From a virus, in the IMG/VR virus record IMGVR_UViG_3300010385_000004: DNA of 45,724 nt; one strand, 5' to 3'. The notes beneath the pieces were generated by a model. That model saw nothing but the letters and a program-made list of their open reading frames with translations, did not search any database and had not been told where the DNA came from. The number at the start of each line of letters is the position of its first letter. Position 1 is the stretch's first letter. The position numbers and the translations under genes are program-made. Below, one piece after another: positions 32,935 through 41,807 of the stretch.

Positions 32935-33659
32935 GATCATCTACAAACGTAAACGATGAAGATTTATTAACGGGGCTTTCTAATGTCATTATTAAGCACG
33001 TTAAAAAGAAAATGCAAAACTGTCTGCCAGTAAAGGTTGTTTCTGTTTCTGATGATAGAAAATTTGTTGATGTTCAGCCACAAATAATGATTGTTGATAC
33101 AGATAAAAATACAGTGCCACGCGCTGAGATTAAAGGTATACCAGTTGAGACAAGCGGAGCAGGTGGCTTTTTAATTTCATTCAATATTAAAGCGGGCGAT
33201 CTTGGCTGGATTAGTGCCAGCGATAGAGATATAAGCCTGTTTAAGCAGTCATACGGCGAGGCAAAGCCAAACACTGAGCGTATGCACGACTTTAGCGACT
33301 CGCGCTTTGTGCCAGACATTATGACCAACTTTAGTATTGCAGGTGAAGATGAGGGAGCAGTAGTTATCCAAAACCGTGAGGGCAACGTTAAAATAGCGAT
33401 GGATGAAGAAGAGATAAGAATCACCAAGGATAGCATAACGTTTGTTTTAAGTGGCGATACGATAACAGGTGTTGCGCCTGGTGGTTTTAATTTAAATAAC
33501 TTTACCATTGACGCAAGTGGTGCAGCTACAAGCCCTGTATCAGTTACAGCACCTAGTGCGGTAATAAACGGGAAAGAACTTGCTGAACACACTCACTTAG
33601 CTGGTACTTATAAAGTAGGAACATCGCCAGTAACTGAAACGTCTGGGACTAATATATAA
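32931..33659 (+). CDS. baseplate central spike (Gp138_N / gpV-like)
   Basis: LPVKVVSVSDDRKFVDVQPQIMIVDTDKNTVPRAEIKGIPV matches the OB-fold N-domain pattern of Gp138/gp45-type spikes. Confidence 0.6.
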   Translation: MRSSTNVNDEDLLTGLSNVIIKHVKKKMQNCLPVKVVSVSDDRKFVDVQPQIMIVDTDKNTVPRAEIKGIPVETSGAGGFLISFNIKAGDLGWISASDRDISLFKQSYGEAKPNTERMHDFSDSRFVPDIMTNFSIAGEDEGAVVIQNREGNVKIAMDEEEIRITKDSITFVLSGDTITGVAPGGFNLNNFTIDASGAATSPVSVTAPSAVINGKELAEHTHLAGTYKVGTSPVTETSGTNI

Positions 33660-34006
33660 TGAAAACAATTGAAGTAAATGACAGTGGTGATCGAGTTGTT
33701 GTGAATGGCGTTTTTTCATACCTGTATGACATTAACGCTTTGATGCAAACATGCGAGCAAGTAATGAGGCAGCAATTCAAAGAACTGCAATACGATCAAA
33801 CAAAAGGCATTGAATATTTTAATAACGTGTTTAATGGTAATCAAAACTTGCAACTGTTTGAATCACAAGCTAGACAACAACTGCTTAATATTTCGGGAGT
33901 GAATAGCATTCAATCATTCACTTACTCGCAAAGCAATAATAAGTTATCATATACAGCAACTATTAAAACTATTTACGGGACGGGCTCAATTAATGGCAAC
34001 GTATGA
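33659..34006 (+). CDS. baseplate wedge protein (gp25/W or DUF2634-like)
   Basis: 115 aa. Position between the spike and J-like genes. Confidence 0.45.
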   Translation: MKTIEVNDSGDRVVVNGVFSYLYDINALMQTCEQVMRQQFKELQYDQTKGIEYFNNVFNGNQNLQLFESQARQQLLNISGVNSIQSFTYSQSNNKLSYTATIKTIYGTGSINGNV

Positions 34007-35189
34007 TTATATTACGGCTTACGGTGTTGTTATACCTGACACATCGACGGTAAAGGCTGAGGTTGAAGCAGAGTACAAAGAAGTTTATGGCGCTGACTTT
34101 GTTGTCGATTCATCATCGGAGCAAGCCAGAGAAATTGACGCCGAAGTCACTAGCCGTATGTCTGTGCTTAGAAATAATGCGAAACTAGCCAACCAAATAA
34201 ACCCTAATTATGCAGAGGGCGCTTTCCTTGATGCCATATACGCTTTTTCAGGTGGCGAGCGAGATGGGGCTGAAAGGTCAACCGCAGAATGTACACTAGG
34301 CGGAGTTTCTGGCACAAACATTCCAGCGGGTAGTTTGGCCGAAGATGAAAACGGTAACGAGTGGGAGTTGTCGGTAGCGGTAACAATACCAGCAAGCGGA
34401 TCAATTGACGCAAGCTTTTTTAGTGTTGAGTATGGCCCTATAACTGCGGCGGCTGGTGAGATTAATAAAATCTCAAGCGGTGGAGAACTTGGCTGGGAAA
34501 CCATCAAAAACGATAGCGCAGCAACACCCGGCAAACTTGAGCAAAGCGACATATCAACTAGATCGCAACGAAACCTTGAGTTAGCACTAAACGCCAATAA
34601 CAACACTTACGCAATCATAGCTGCTATAAGTGAAGTTGAAAACGTTTCCAGCCTAACGTTTAGAGAAAACTTTTATAGCTCGCAAGTTGTTATAGATGGA
34701 AAGTCAATGATCCCAAACTCAACTTATGTTTGTGTTGATGGCGGCAGCGATAAAGACATTGCTGAGGCTTACTACAATTCAAGAAGCGGCGGCACTAATT
34801 TCAACGGCAATACAACTCATGTTGTTACCGACCCAGTTTCAGGGCAAGAAATACCAGTTCAATTTGATCGACCTGATTTAATCCCTGTAAACATAAGAAT
34901 AACAATCAAATCACCTATTGGAGTAGACCAAAGAGAGGCTGTTAAGCAAGCTGTTATTGATTACGCTGGTGGCCTTGTTGATGGTGAGGAAGGCTTTGTT
35001 GTAGGTGGAAATGTTTCACCATTTGAAATTGCAGCTGCTGTTAATGAGCTTGTTTCAAACGTGTTCGTGTCTAAGTGTGAAGTGTCTGAGCCTGCCATAT
35101 TCCCAACATTCACCACTGATACAATCGAAATACAGATATTTGAAAAGGCCACTATAACAACCGACTCGGTACAGGTGCTTATACTATGA
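33993..35189 (+). CDS. baseplate J-like protein
   Basis: 398 aa. Size and position are typical of the gpJ/gp47 family. Confidence 0.6.
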   Translation: MATYDYITAYGVVIPDTSTVKAEVEAEYKEVYGADFVVDSSSEQAREIDAEVTSRMSVLRNNAKLANQINPNYAEGAFLDAIYAFSGGERDGAERSTAECTLGGVSGTNIPAGSLAEDENGNEWELSVAVTIPASGSIDASFFSVEYGPITAAAGEINKISSGGELGWETIKNDSAATPGKLEQSDISTRSQRNLELALNANNNTYAIIAAISEVENVSSLTFRENFYSSQVVIDGKSMIPNSTYVCVDGGSDKDIAEAYYNSRSGGTNFNGNTTHVVTDPVSGQEIPVQFDRPDLIPVNIRITIKSPIGVDQREAVKQAVIDYAGGLVDGEEGFVVGGNVSPFEIAAAVNELVSNVFVSKCEVSEPAIFPTFTTDTIEIQIFEKATITTDSVQVLIL

Positions 35190-35839
35190 CCTACCAATGT
35201 AGCATTGATTTAAAAAAGGCGATTGATTGGCAGAGGGGCAGCGCTGAAAACCTAAATAAGTTAATCAGCTTAAAACAGGAATGGTACGAAAAAAACCATT
35301 GTGAATTTTGGAGTGATTGGTCCGTTGATGTTTTCGATCTTAGAACAGCTAATTTATTTGGGCTTTCTGTTTGGTCTGTTATTTTAGATTTGCCAATATT
35401 TGATAACTCTGAAAAATCTCCTGTTGATTACCCTGCCATATTTTTTGGCGAGGAACGTAAAAACTTTAACAATGGTAACTTTGGTAAAAACGCTTCAAGA
35501 GTAGACAGTCTGTCCGTTGAGCAAAAGCGAATCATGCTACAGCTAAAGGCGTTTATACTTAATATGCGTTCAACTACGCCAGAGATAAATCAGAAGCTAG
35601 AGCAGTTGTTTGGCGCAGGTCAAATTTACGTTCTTGATAACTTGGATATGACGTATACTTATGTAATAGCTAATCCAGTATTGATTAGCTTCACCGACGT
35701 TCTAAGGGCTTACGACTTACTGCCTAGACCTTCATGCGTTAATTATGACATAGCACTTGCAGATCCTTGGTATGACGAAAACGGGGTGATAGCTTGCAAT
35801 AAAATACTTGCAGATTACGGGGAAATTCCATGCCTTTAG
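35186..35839 (+). CDS. DUF2612-like baseplate/tail-fibre adaptor protein
   Basis: WQRGSAENLNKLISLK...FWSDWSVDVFDLRTANLFGLSVWSVIL matches the DUF2612 pattern. Confidence 0.6.
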   Translation: MTYQCSIDLKKAIDWQRGSAENLNKLISLKQEWYEKNHCEFWSDWSVDVFDLRTANLFGLSVWSVILDLPIFDNSEKSPVDYPAIFFGEERKNFNNGNFGKNASRVDSLSVEQKRIMLQLKAFILNMRSTTPEINQKLEQLFGAGQIYVLDNLDMTYTYVIANPVLISFTDVLRAYDLLPRPSCVNYDIALADPWYDENGVIACNKILADYGEIPCL

Positions 35840-37116
35840 AAAAACTAGCTTGTGGAACAAGCACAACAGCAAACTTATTAGAAACGGTTAACAGTCTGAT
35901 TGACTTGCAAAAAGTATCCGTGATGGAGTTTAAAACCGATACCAACACGTGGGATGATGCATTAGATGAGGCTATAGCTTTAGCTGACTCTAGCAGAAAA
36001 CAACTATACCTGGGCAACTCGAATATAAGTGTTTCTAGGGATATTGTACTGCCTAATTCAATGGACGTACTGCAAGAGTCTAGAGGTGCTTTGATTGGCA
36101 ATGGTTCAACGAGTGTAATTATAGATAACTCTGCTACATCGAATGGTAAAAAAAAGGTTTTCGGAACAATCGCCAATATGGATAGAGCTTTGGTGATTCG
36201 AGGTAGTATTAACGAGGTTGAGTTTCACACCCTGAGCGGTTCGAGACAAGGGTTAGTTATTGAGTCACTATCAGACGCGAAATCAGATAGAAGTTTAGAT
36301 AATATAGTGAGGGGCGTCCAAATAGGTGTGTGTGATGATGGTATTGTCTTCCAGCAACACGCCGATGAATCAGTGCAGCAAGGAAACGAGATACGAGTCA
36401 ATTTCTTGTCGGGCGTTAAGGATGCTGTAGTTTTCGACGATGATGGGCAACATACTAAGACGGGTGATTGGGACTCAAACCTTGTGGATTTGCAGGCCAT
36501 AGACAACCAACGTAGTGACGCTAGTTTTCTAATTAATAAGTCATCTTTCCCAGTGAATAACCAAAATATATATTCTCACTCTTGGAACGGTGGCTTACTA
36601 TCTCCTGACTCAAGACTTATTAAAGGTGGTTTCAGAGGGTGCGATTTAAAATTTATAACCGCAGTTCCGGTTTCACCCGACGATATAGTCTCAGAATCTG
36701 ACGCTACATTAATAGCTACGAGTAACCTGCAAGTTAAAAGAGCAGGTTCAAAAACAAGCGTTACAGGTGGTGAAATGGTAACGGCTTCTGCTACTCAAGA
36801 CTTAGCTAGCTTCAATGGTGGGCAGTACTTGCAGTCTAATGAATTCTTAGTTGATTGCACTCTGGCAAATAATTTATCTGCTGGCGCTGTGGAGAGGTGC
36901 TTTATATTTCACACTATGTCGTACACGCTGGATAAAAACCCATTTACGATAAAGGCATATAACACTGTTACTCTTCAAAGCGTGGATTTAATGTGCGCCG
37001 TTAGCACAAGTACTTTCGGAGATAGGGGGATGGTTAGCGTTTGGATGATGAATAAAACAACCGCAGCGTTACCGGCTGGCACGAATATTCGAGCCATAAT
37101 ATCTGTTAGTAACTAG
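35830..37116 (+). CDS. tail fibre/tailspike protein, probable beta-helix
   Basis: Repetitive short beta-strand periodicity (VIIDNSAT.., LVIRGSINEVEF.., LVIESLSD.., VQIGVCDDGIVF.., VNFLSGVKDAVVF). The position fits. Confidence 0.6.
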   Translation: MPLEKLACGTSTTANLLETVNSLIDLQKVSVMEFKTDTNTWDDALDEAIALADSSRKQLYLGNSNISVSRDIVLPNSMDVLQESRGALIGNGSTSVIIDNSATSNGKKKVFGTIANMDRALVIRGSINEVEFHTLSGSRQGLVIESLSDAKSDRSLDNIVRGVQIGVCDDGIVFQQHADESVQQGNEIRVNFLSGVKDAVVFDDDGQHTKTGDWDSNLVDLQAIDNQRSDASFLINKSSFPVNNQNIYSHSWNGGLLSPDSRLIKGGFRGCDLKFITAVPVSPDDIVSESDATLIATSNLQVKRAGSKTSVTGGEMVTASATQDLASFNGGQYLQSNEFLVDCTLANNLSAGAVERCFIFHTMSYTLDKNPFTIKAYNTVTLQSVDLMCAVSTSTFGDRGMVSVWMMNKTTAALPAGTNIRAIISVSN

Positions 37117-37169
37117 AACTTAAATAACGCATAAGATTGAAAATCAAACAAAACCTAAACAGGTGAAAC

Positions 37170-39329
37170 ATGGCAAAACGATTTATAACACCATTCGCGC
37201 AACTAGGCGATCGCGACTCAATACCAAATGAGCCAAGCGGAAACGAAGTTAATTATCAAACTGGCTATACAGCTCCTTACGAGTCAAACCCAGAAACAGA
37301 TCCAGATGCTAAGTTTGTCGAGCGCGATAAAACAAATCAGTTATTTAACGATATAACAGCGAACATAAAGCACTGGCAGGAGCGTACATACCCAGAGTTC
37401 ATAGATGCAGCAAGCAATAATGGTGCTTTTGAATACAGCTATGGCGATGTAGTTTATTTTAATGGGTCGCTGTATAAGTCTCTTTACAACTCAAACACCG
37501 ACAGCCCAACTACGTCAAAGTGGGAGTTGTTTTTGCTTGCCATCCCTCCTTTTAACACCGTTTCAGAAATGACAAGCGCCGACTACCTTTCTAGCCTTCC
37601 CAGCGGAACTAGGGTGGAATGGAACGGATATTACTCTCAAGCTGATGGCGGTGGAAATTGGGGCGTTTTAAGGTTTGGAGATCACACTGAAGATGGTGGT
37701 TCGATATTTAGCATTGACTCAACAACATATATTGAAGCTAACATATCTGGAGCTGTCGATGTTCTGAAATTCGGTGTGGTTGGTGACGGCTCAACTGATG
37801 ATACCAGTATTATACAGTACGTTATAGATAACTATGTCGATGTTAGGTTTCCTTATAATCGTCAGTTTTCAGTATCTCAAATATCTTTTAACACTAACGG
37901 TGCCGTTTACTCTGGTAACGTTAATGTAATAGGTAACGCCGCGTCTAGCGTCAAAAGCGTTGTTGAAATAACGGGTAGACAGATTACGTTTGAACGCCTT
38001 AAGGTTGACCAAAACTTCAACACTAATTACGACTGTGCTTTGCATTGGTATTCTAAATCTAATAGCGCACCTGCACAGTATAATAAAATCAAAGAGCTTG
38101 CTTTAATTAACTGTATATACGGTTTGCTGTTCGGGCAATTCTTCGGTGACACTGTGATAGACGCCCCTCAATCTGAGAACAGTATCGCTCACTTTAATAC
38201 GCGTGGTTGTCAAGTGCCTGTTTACATGAACCAGACTAACGGTTTCTTATTTATATCTGACTCTACAATTAACAGTATTCGTAACGAGTGGGAGCTTACG
38301 AACCCAGGCGTGTATAGCTACGAAGACGCTAAAGCTATCGTAATGCATAAAGGTAACTTACTTGTGACAGGTGGTGAGATACTTAAAACTGATACCCAGC
38401 TTGGGACGGGTGTTGATATACACGACGGCACATTGAAGTTATCTAACGTATCTATCGAAATAGCTTGCCCGAACTATTATGTTTATGGTGGCACAACCAA
38501 GATGTCGAACATCACGTCACTTATGTCAAATGCTTCGGCGGATTACATCGAGATTGACGAAAACGCAACGGGTAGCTTATCAATTTCAAACTGTGGATTT
38601 AGAAAACCAACCTCAGCAACAAACGCTAACCGTGGTTTTATAAAGCATAACAGCAATGAAACGATGAACGTTAAAGTGCAAAACGTTGACCTTGAGAATT
38701 TCTTAACTAACGCTATATTCAAGGACGCCGATAACAAAGATGCGATACCGTACCGCATGCAGATAACGAACCTTTCAAGTAATGATGATGATGGTTCACG
38801 TATCGACATGTATATGTCATCTAATAGGGGTTTTTCAACGCTGGACAACGTGGGCGTTGATACGTCTTGTTCTAGTGACGCGGGTTGGTTTCTAGATGTG
38901 GCTTACGGTTCTGGAACCACCTTATCACCTGTATCAGATGCACCAACTATAAAAGGTGTGAACATAAGTTCAAGCTTAGAGTTGGTTGCCACAGGCGAAG
39001 CGTTTGCAACAACCCTTAATACAGATTCGTTAGCTGATTCGGCTAGTACAGGCGTGGCCGTTTACGAAGGTAAGCAAATAATTGTTAGCGGCTGGTTTAA
39101 AGCGTCTGCGACTGGTTCACAGATGGAAATAGGTATTTATTACTCTGATTCAACAGGTGTTGCGAACGGCTTTAAAACAACGTCAAACCCTCCAACTATT
39201 GGTACGGATTGGCGCTACATTGAAACAATCGTGAAAGTGCCTGCTGGTGCCAAATGGGCTGGGTTTGGTGTGCGCTCTGTAACAAGTAGCGTTAGGTTTA
39301 CCGATGTTAAGCTTAAAACGGTTAGCTAG
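37170..39329 (+). CDS. tailspike with pectate-lyase-like beta-helix (putative polysaccharide depolymerase) and C-terminal binding domain
   Basis: The N-terminus FITPFAQLGDRDSIPNEPSGNEVNYQTGYT...LFNDITANIKHWQ is a tail-fibre anchor. VDVLKFGVVGDGSTDDTSIIQYVID matches the Pectate_lyase_3 start motif. Confidence 0.75.
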   Translation: MAKRFITPFAQLGDRDSIPNEPSGNEVNYQTGYTAPYESNPETDPDAKFVERDKTNQLFNDITANIKHWQERTYPEFIDAASNNGAFEYSYGDVVYFNGSLYKSLYNSNTDSPTTSKWELFLLAIPPFNTVSEMTSADYLSSLPSGTRVEWNGYYSQADGGGNWGVLRFGDHTEDGGSIFSIDSTTYIEANISGAVDVLKFGVVGDGSTDDTSIIQYVIDNYVDVRFPYNRQFSVSQISFNTNGAVYSGNVNVIGNAASSVKSVVEITGRQITFERLKVDQNFNTNYDCALHWYSKSNSAPAQYNKIKELALINCIYGLLFGQFFGDTVIDAPQSENSIAHFNTRGCQVPVYMNQTNGFLFISDSTINSIRNEWELTNPGVYSYEDAKAIVMHKGNLLVTGGEILKTDTQLGTGVDIHDGTLKLSNVSIEIACPNYYVYGGTTKMSNITSLMSNASADYIEIDENATGSLSISNCGFRKPTSATNANRGFIKHNSNETMNVKVQNVDLENFLTNAIFKDADNKDAIPYRMQITNLSSNDDDGSRIDMYMSSNRGFSTLDNVGVDTSCSSDAGWFLDVAYGSGTTLSPVSDAPTIKGVNISSSLELVATGEAFATTLNTDSLADSASTGVAVYEGKQIIVSGWFKASATGSQMEIGIYYSDSTGVANGFKTTSNPPTIGTDWRYIETIVKVPAGAKWAGFGVRSVTSSVRFTDVKLKTVS

Positions 39330-39352
39330 CGTTTAGTGGCTTAAGTAACAAG

Positions 39353-39377
39353 AAGCCCGCTTAATTGCGGGCTTTTT
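39353..39377. terminator. Rho-independent terminator between the late and leftward early operons
   Basis: aagcccgc-TTAATT-gcgggctt followed by a T5 run. Confidence 0.8.
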
Positions 39378-39400
39378 ATATACTGATACCTTGCTGTTTA

Positions 39401-39598
39401 TTAAATTCTTTTAGACTTGAGACTTAAAGCTACAGCCTCCCCCTTACCTGTAAGCTCTATTCGCTTGTTGTTAATATTTATAAGCTCATTACTCATAAGC
39501 GACTTTAAAACAGCGCTGGGAGGACTACCCGCGCTATGAAAGCCATTTAAGCCCGACAACTCCACAAGCTTTCGCTTTTCTGCCTTTGTTATATTCAT
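39401..39598 (-). CDS. hypothetical protein (65 aa)
   Basis: ORF track. Last gene of the leftward operon. Confidence 0.55.
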   Translation of the reverse strand: MNITKAEKRKLVELSGLNGFHSAGSPPSAVLKSLMSNELININNKRIELTGKGEAVALSLKSKRI

Positions 39599-39672
39599 TT
39601 AACCCCCGTTTATTTTTATTAATACTAACCGATATTTTACGTTGTCGTTATACCGGTTAGGTATTGGTTATG

Positions 39673-40128
39673 CTATTTAGTTATAAACTTCGATAAATCA
39701 GGTTTAAAGAAATTCGGGCTCTCTTTTGTAATCTTGCCGTTTTCATCCAGTGGAAAGCTACCATCAGGCATGCGCTTAGAGTCGTTAGATGCTATAACTT
39801 CATTTAGTGCGCCTATGATGTCAAAACCCATATACTGAGCTGTACCAACCGCTGTCACTATTTGATCGCAAAAGGCATCAAGCAATTCCACCTTAGTGTT
39901 TTCGCAGTCCATAACATTTAATAGCTCTTCAATGTAGGGTTCATCGTGAGATTTATAATTGTTAGCACAGACTGCCACCACTTGAAATGAGTCTTCGTCA
40001 CCAGTAACCTCCAACCCCTCCGCAAACTCTTCAAGATGGCATCCATACTGTGTGCTTAAATCTTCAATTGTAGGGTTAGGCTTTGCGTCTGAAAACCATT
40101 TAACTATTGTTTGTATTTCGTTACTCAT
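39673..40128 (-). CDS. MazG-like nucleoside triphosphate pyrophosphohydrolase
   Basis: CHLEEFAEGLE...ELLDAFCDQIVTAVGTAQYMGFDIIGALNEVIASNDSKR...GKITKESPNFFKPDL matches the all-alpha NTP-PPase pattern (EE..E, D..D, SN.SK). Confidence 0.55.
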   Translation of the reverse strand: MSNEIQTIVKWFSDAKPNPTIEDLSTQYGCHLEEFAEGLEVTGDEDSFQVVAVCANNYKSHDEPYIEELLNVMDCENTKVELLDAFCDQIVTAVGTAQYMGFDIIGALNEVIASNDSKRMPDGSFPLDENGKITKESPNFFKPDLSKFITK

Positions 40129-40322
40129 TTTGAATCCTTAATTTTATATTTCTGCTTAATAAAAAGTAATGGCATATCAAAGTTATTTTGACATGCTGTG
40201 TGAATTTGTTTTCTTGTGCACTTAAAAGCAAGGCATAAATCGTTTATTAAAAAACCATCTAAAATCATGCTTAATAAGTTTTGAATTTCGCTAGCCTCCC
40301 AGTTTTTACGAGTCATTACCAA
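40125..40322 (-). CDS. hypothetical protein (65 aa)
   Basis: ORF track. Overlapping stop and start codons. Confidence 0.5.
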   Translation of the reverse strand: MVMTRKNWEASEIQNLLSMILDGFLINDLCLAFKCTRKQIHTACQNNFDMPLLFIKQKYKIKDSK

Positions 40323-40768
40323 GCCCTATACCTAGTTAATATTTCGTCTATCTGCTCAAGGCTTATATCATCACCATTCGGTACAGCAAGCCAAGCAACG
40401 TTGGTTAATTCGTTTCGCTCACTGAATTTACTGGCTAAATCTTTATGCCTCCAATCAAGATATTCAACTAAGTCACTTTGCAGTAACGGCTCGGTAATTG
40501 GCACGTAATCGACTTCTAAGCGCTTTTTGCCGTTTGACTCAATACCAGTGGCTAGTAGGTGAATATTCCACTTGTGACGAATTTCACCGATTGCAAAGGC
40601 TAATGATGTGCCAACCGCTATTTGCTCAGTTGTTTTAAAGTTAACGCATAAGCAAGTGTATTTTTCTGCGCTATCTTTTTGGCTATGAAAAACAGCTAGG
40701 TTTTGAAGCCCTCTGCGGGCGCTAGCTAAAGCGCCTTTCATTGGATTGTATTTCTTGCCTCTACTCAT
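40316..40768 (-). CDS. hypothetical protein (150 aa)
   Basis: ORF track. No recognisable motif. Confidence 0.6.
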   Translation of the reverse strand: MSRGKKYNPMKGALASARRGLQNLAVFHSQKDSAEKYTCLCVNFKTTEQIAVGTSLAFAIGEIRHKWNIHLLATGIESNGKKRLEVDYVPITEPLLQSDLVEYLDWRHKDLASKFSERNELTNVAWLAVPNGDDISLEQIDEILTRYRAW

Positions 40769-41124
40769 GCCAGCACCAATTCATATTCGTATTCACTAGC
40801 TAAATCATCAAGCTTAGTTGAAATCATTTCTTTAACCTTTGAATCAACCAGTCTTTGATGCTCGCTTAAATCTTTACATTCAGAGTTAAATAAAACCTCA
40901 AAGCAAAACTCATCATCATGCGATAACTCAAGAGTAACTTTGTTTATGTTTATTTCGTGATGCATAACATCGATTGCGGTGCGGTCTGTGAATATGCGCT
41001 CGATTAACTGCTGCTTAGTAAGGTTTGTTAATGCAAACTCCAACTGCTCCTCGCGAACCATTGTTAAATTCTTGGCCGCTTCGTAAGTTGCATCTTCTTC
41101 TGGTAAATATAAAGACTGAATCAC
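40765..41124 (-). CDS. strongly acidic hypothetical protein (119 aa, GTG start)
   Basis: aaggag lies 8 nt upstream of the GTG. Rich in Asp and Glu. First gene after an internal terminator and the 20-bp motif. Confidence 0.6.
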   Translation of the reverse strand: MIQSLYLPEEDATYEAAKNLTMVREEQLEFALTNLTKQQLIERIFTDRTAIDVMHHEININKVTLELSHDDEFCFEVLFNSECKDLSEHQRLVDSKVKEMISTKLDDLASEYEYELVLA

Positions 41125-41176
41125 TGTTAATCTCCTTTGTTTCGATAGGGGAATATTAAGTGATTAGATAAGAATA

Positions 41177-41197
41177 GTTAAATACCGTTTAGTTATA
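41177..41197 (-). repeat. third copy of the 20-bp motif (minus strand reads TATAACTAAACGGTATTTAAC)
   Basis: 19 of 21 positions match TATAACTAAATGTTATTTAAC (5668-5688). It lies 53 nt upstream of the GTG at 41124, in the same orientation as that gene. Confidence 0.75.
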
Positions 41198-41215
41198 AGC
41201 ATATTCTTTTAGGTA

Positions 41216-41240
41216 ATAAAAAACCCTCACGAGGAGGGTT
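41216..41240 (-). terminator. Rho-independent terminator (minus strand) after the RuvC-like gene
   Basis: The minus strand reads aaccctc-ctcgt-gagggtt followed by a T6 run. Confidence 0.75.
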
Positions 41241-41321
41241 CAAGGTCTTAACTGGAGATTAAGTAGGATGCAAATCCGTAAAACGTGTTGGAGCACGTAT
41301 ACACAGTTTATGTTTTAGCTG

Positions 41322-41768
41322 CTATTTAGTCAAGCCTAAGAAGCCAAAGTATGCAGCGCTGCGGGAATCTTCATTACTACGACCTTTCCAGCATGTTACT
41401 TTTTCAAATTGCGCTTTGTCTTTTTTCCACATCTTACTAACTTTATGATGCACTACTTTGATGTTGAAATGCTCGGCAATTCGTTCAATTTCAATTTGTG
41501 CTTGCTTGCACCTACCTATAAATTGAGCCATTTTTAGCTTGACCGGCATTGGTTGCCTAGAGTCTCTACCGGTAAACGCAGCGCTAACACCGTTTACGTT
41601 TTCAATGTGTAACTCAATTTCCTGGTCGGTGTCGGTTGCCTCGCACTTTATATATCGGTAAATATCAATTAGTGAGTAGCAAGTGAGCTGAACTAACTCG
41701 CCATTATAGTAAACAGCAAAGCCGCTTTTGCTTGAGTCTGGATCGACTCCTATAATCATTTTGTTCAT
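41322..41768 (-). CDS. RuvC-like Holliday junction resolvase (putative)
   Basis: The N-terminus MIIGVDPDSSKSGFAVY resembles RuvC motif I (IlGIDPGs..tGyav). It lies in the recombination operon. Confidence 0.45.
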   Translation of the reverse strand: MNKMIIGVDPDSSKSGFAVYYNGELVQLTCYSLIDIYRYIKCEATDTDQEIELHIENVNGVSAAFTGRDSRQPMPVKLKMAQFIGRCKQAQIEIERIAEHFNIKVVHHKVSKMWKKDKAQFEKVTCWKGRSNEDSRSAAYFGFLGLTK

Positions 41769-41807
41769 AAATCACCTATTGCGCCCAATTAAGGGCGCTT
41801 TGATTGG

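Noticed and set aside
33074-33592. 172-aa minus-strand ORF antisense to the baseplate spike gene
   Set aside because: It is embedded in a tightly overlapping plus-strand operon, with no independent signals. It is probably a chance open frame.
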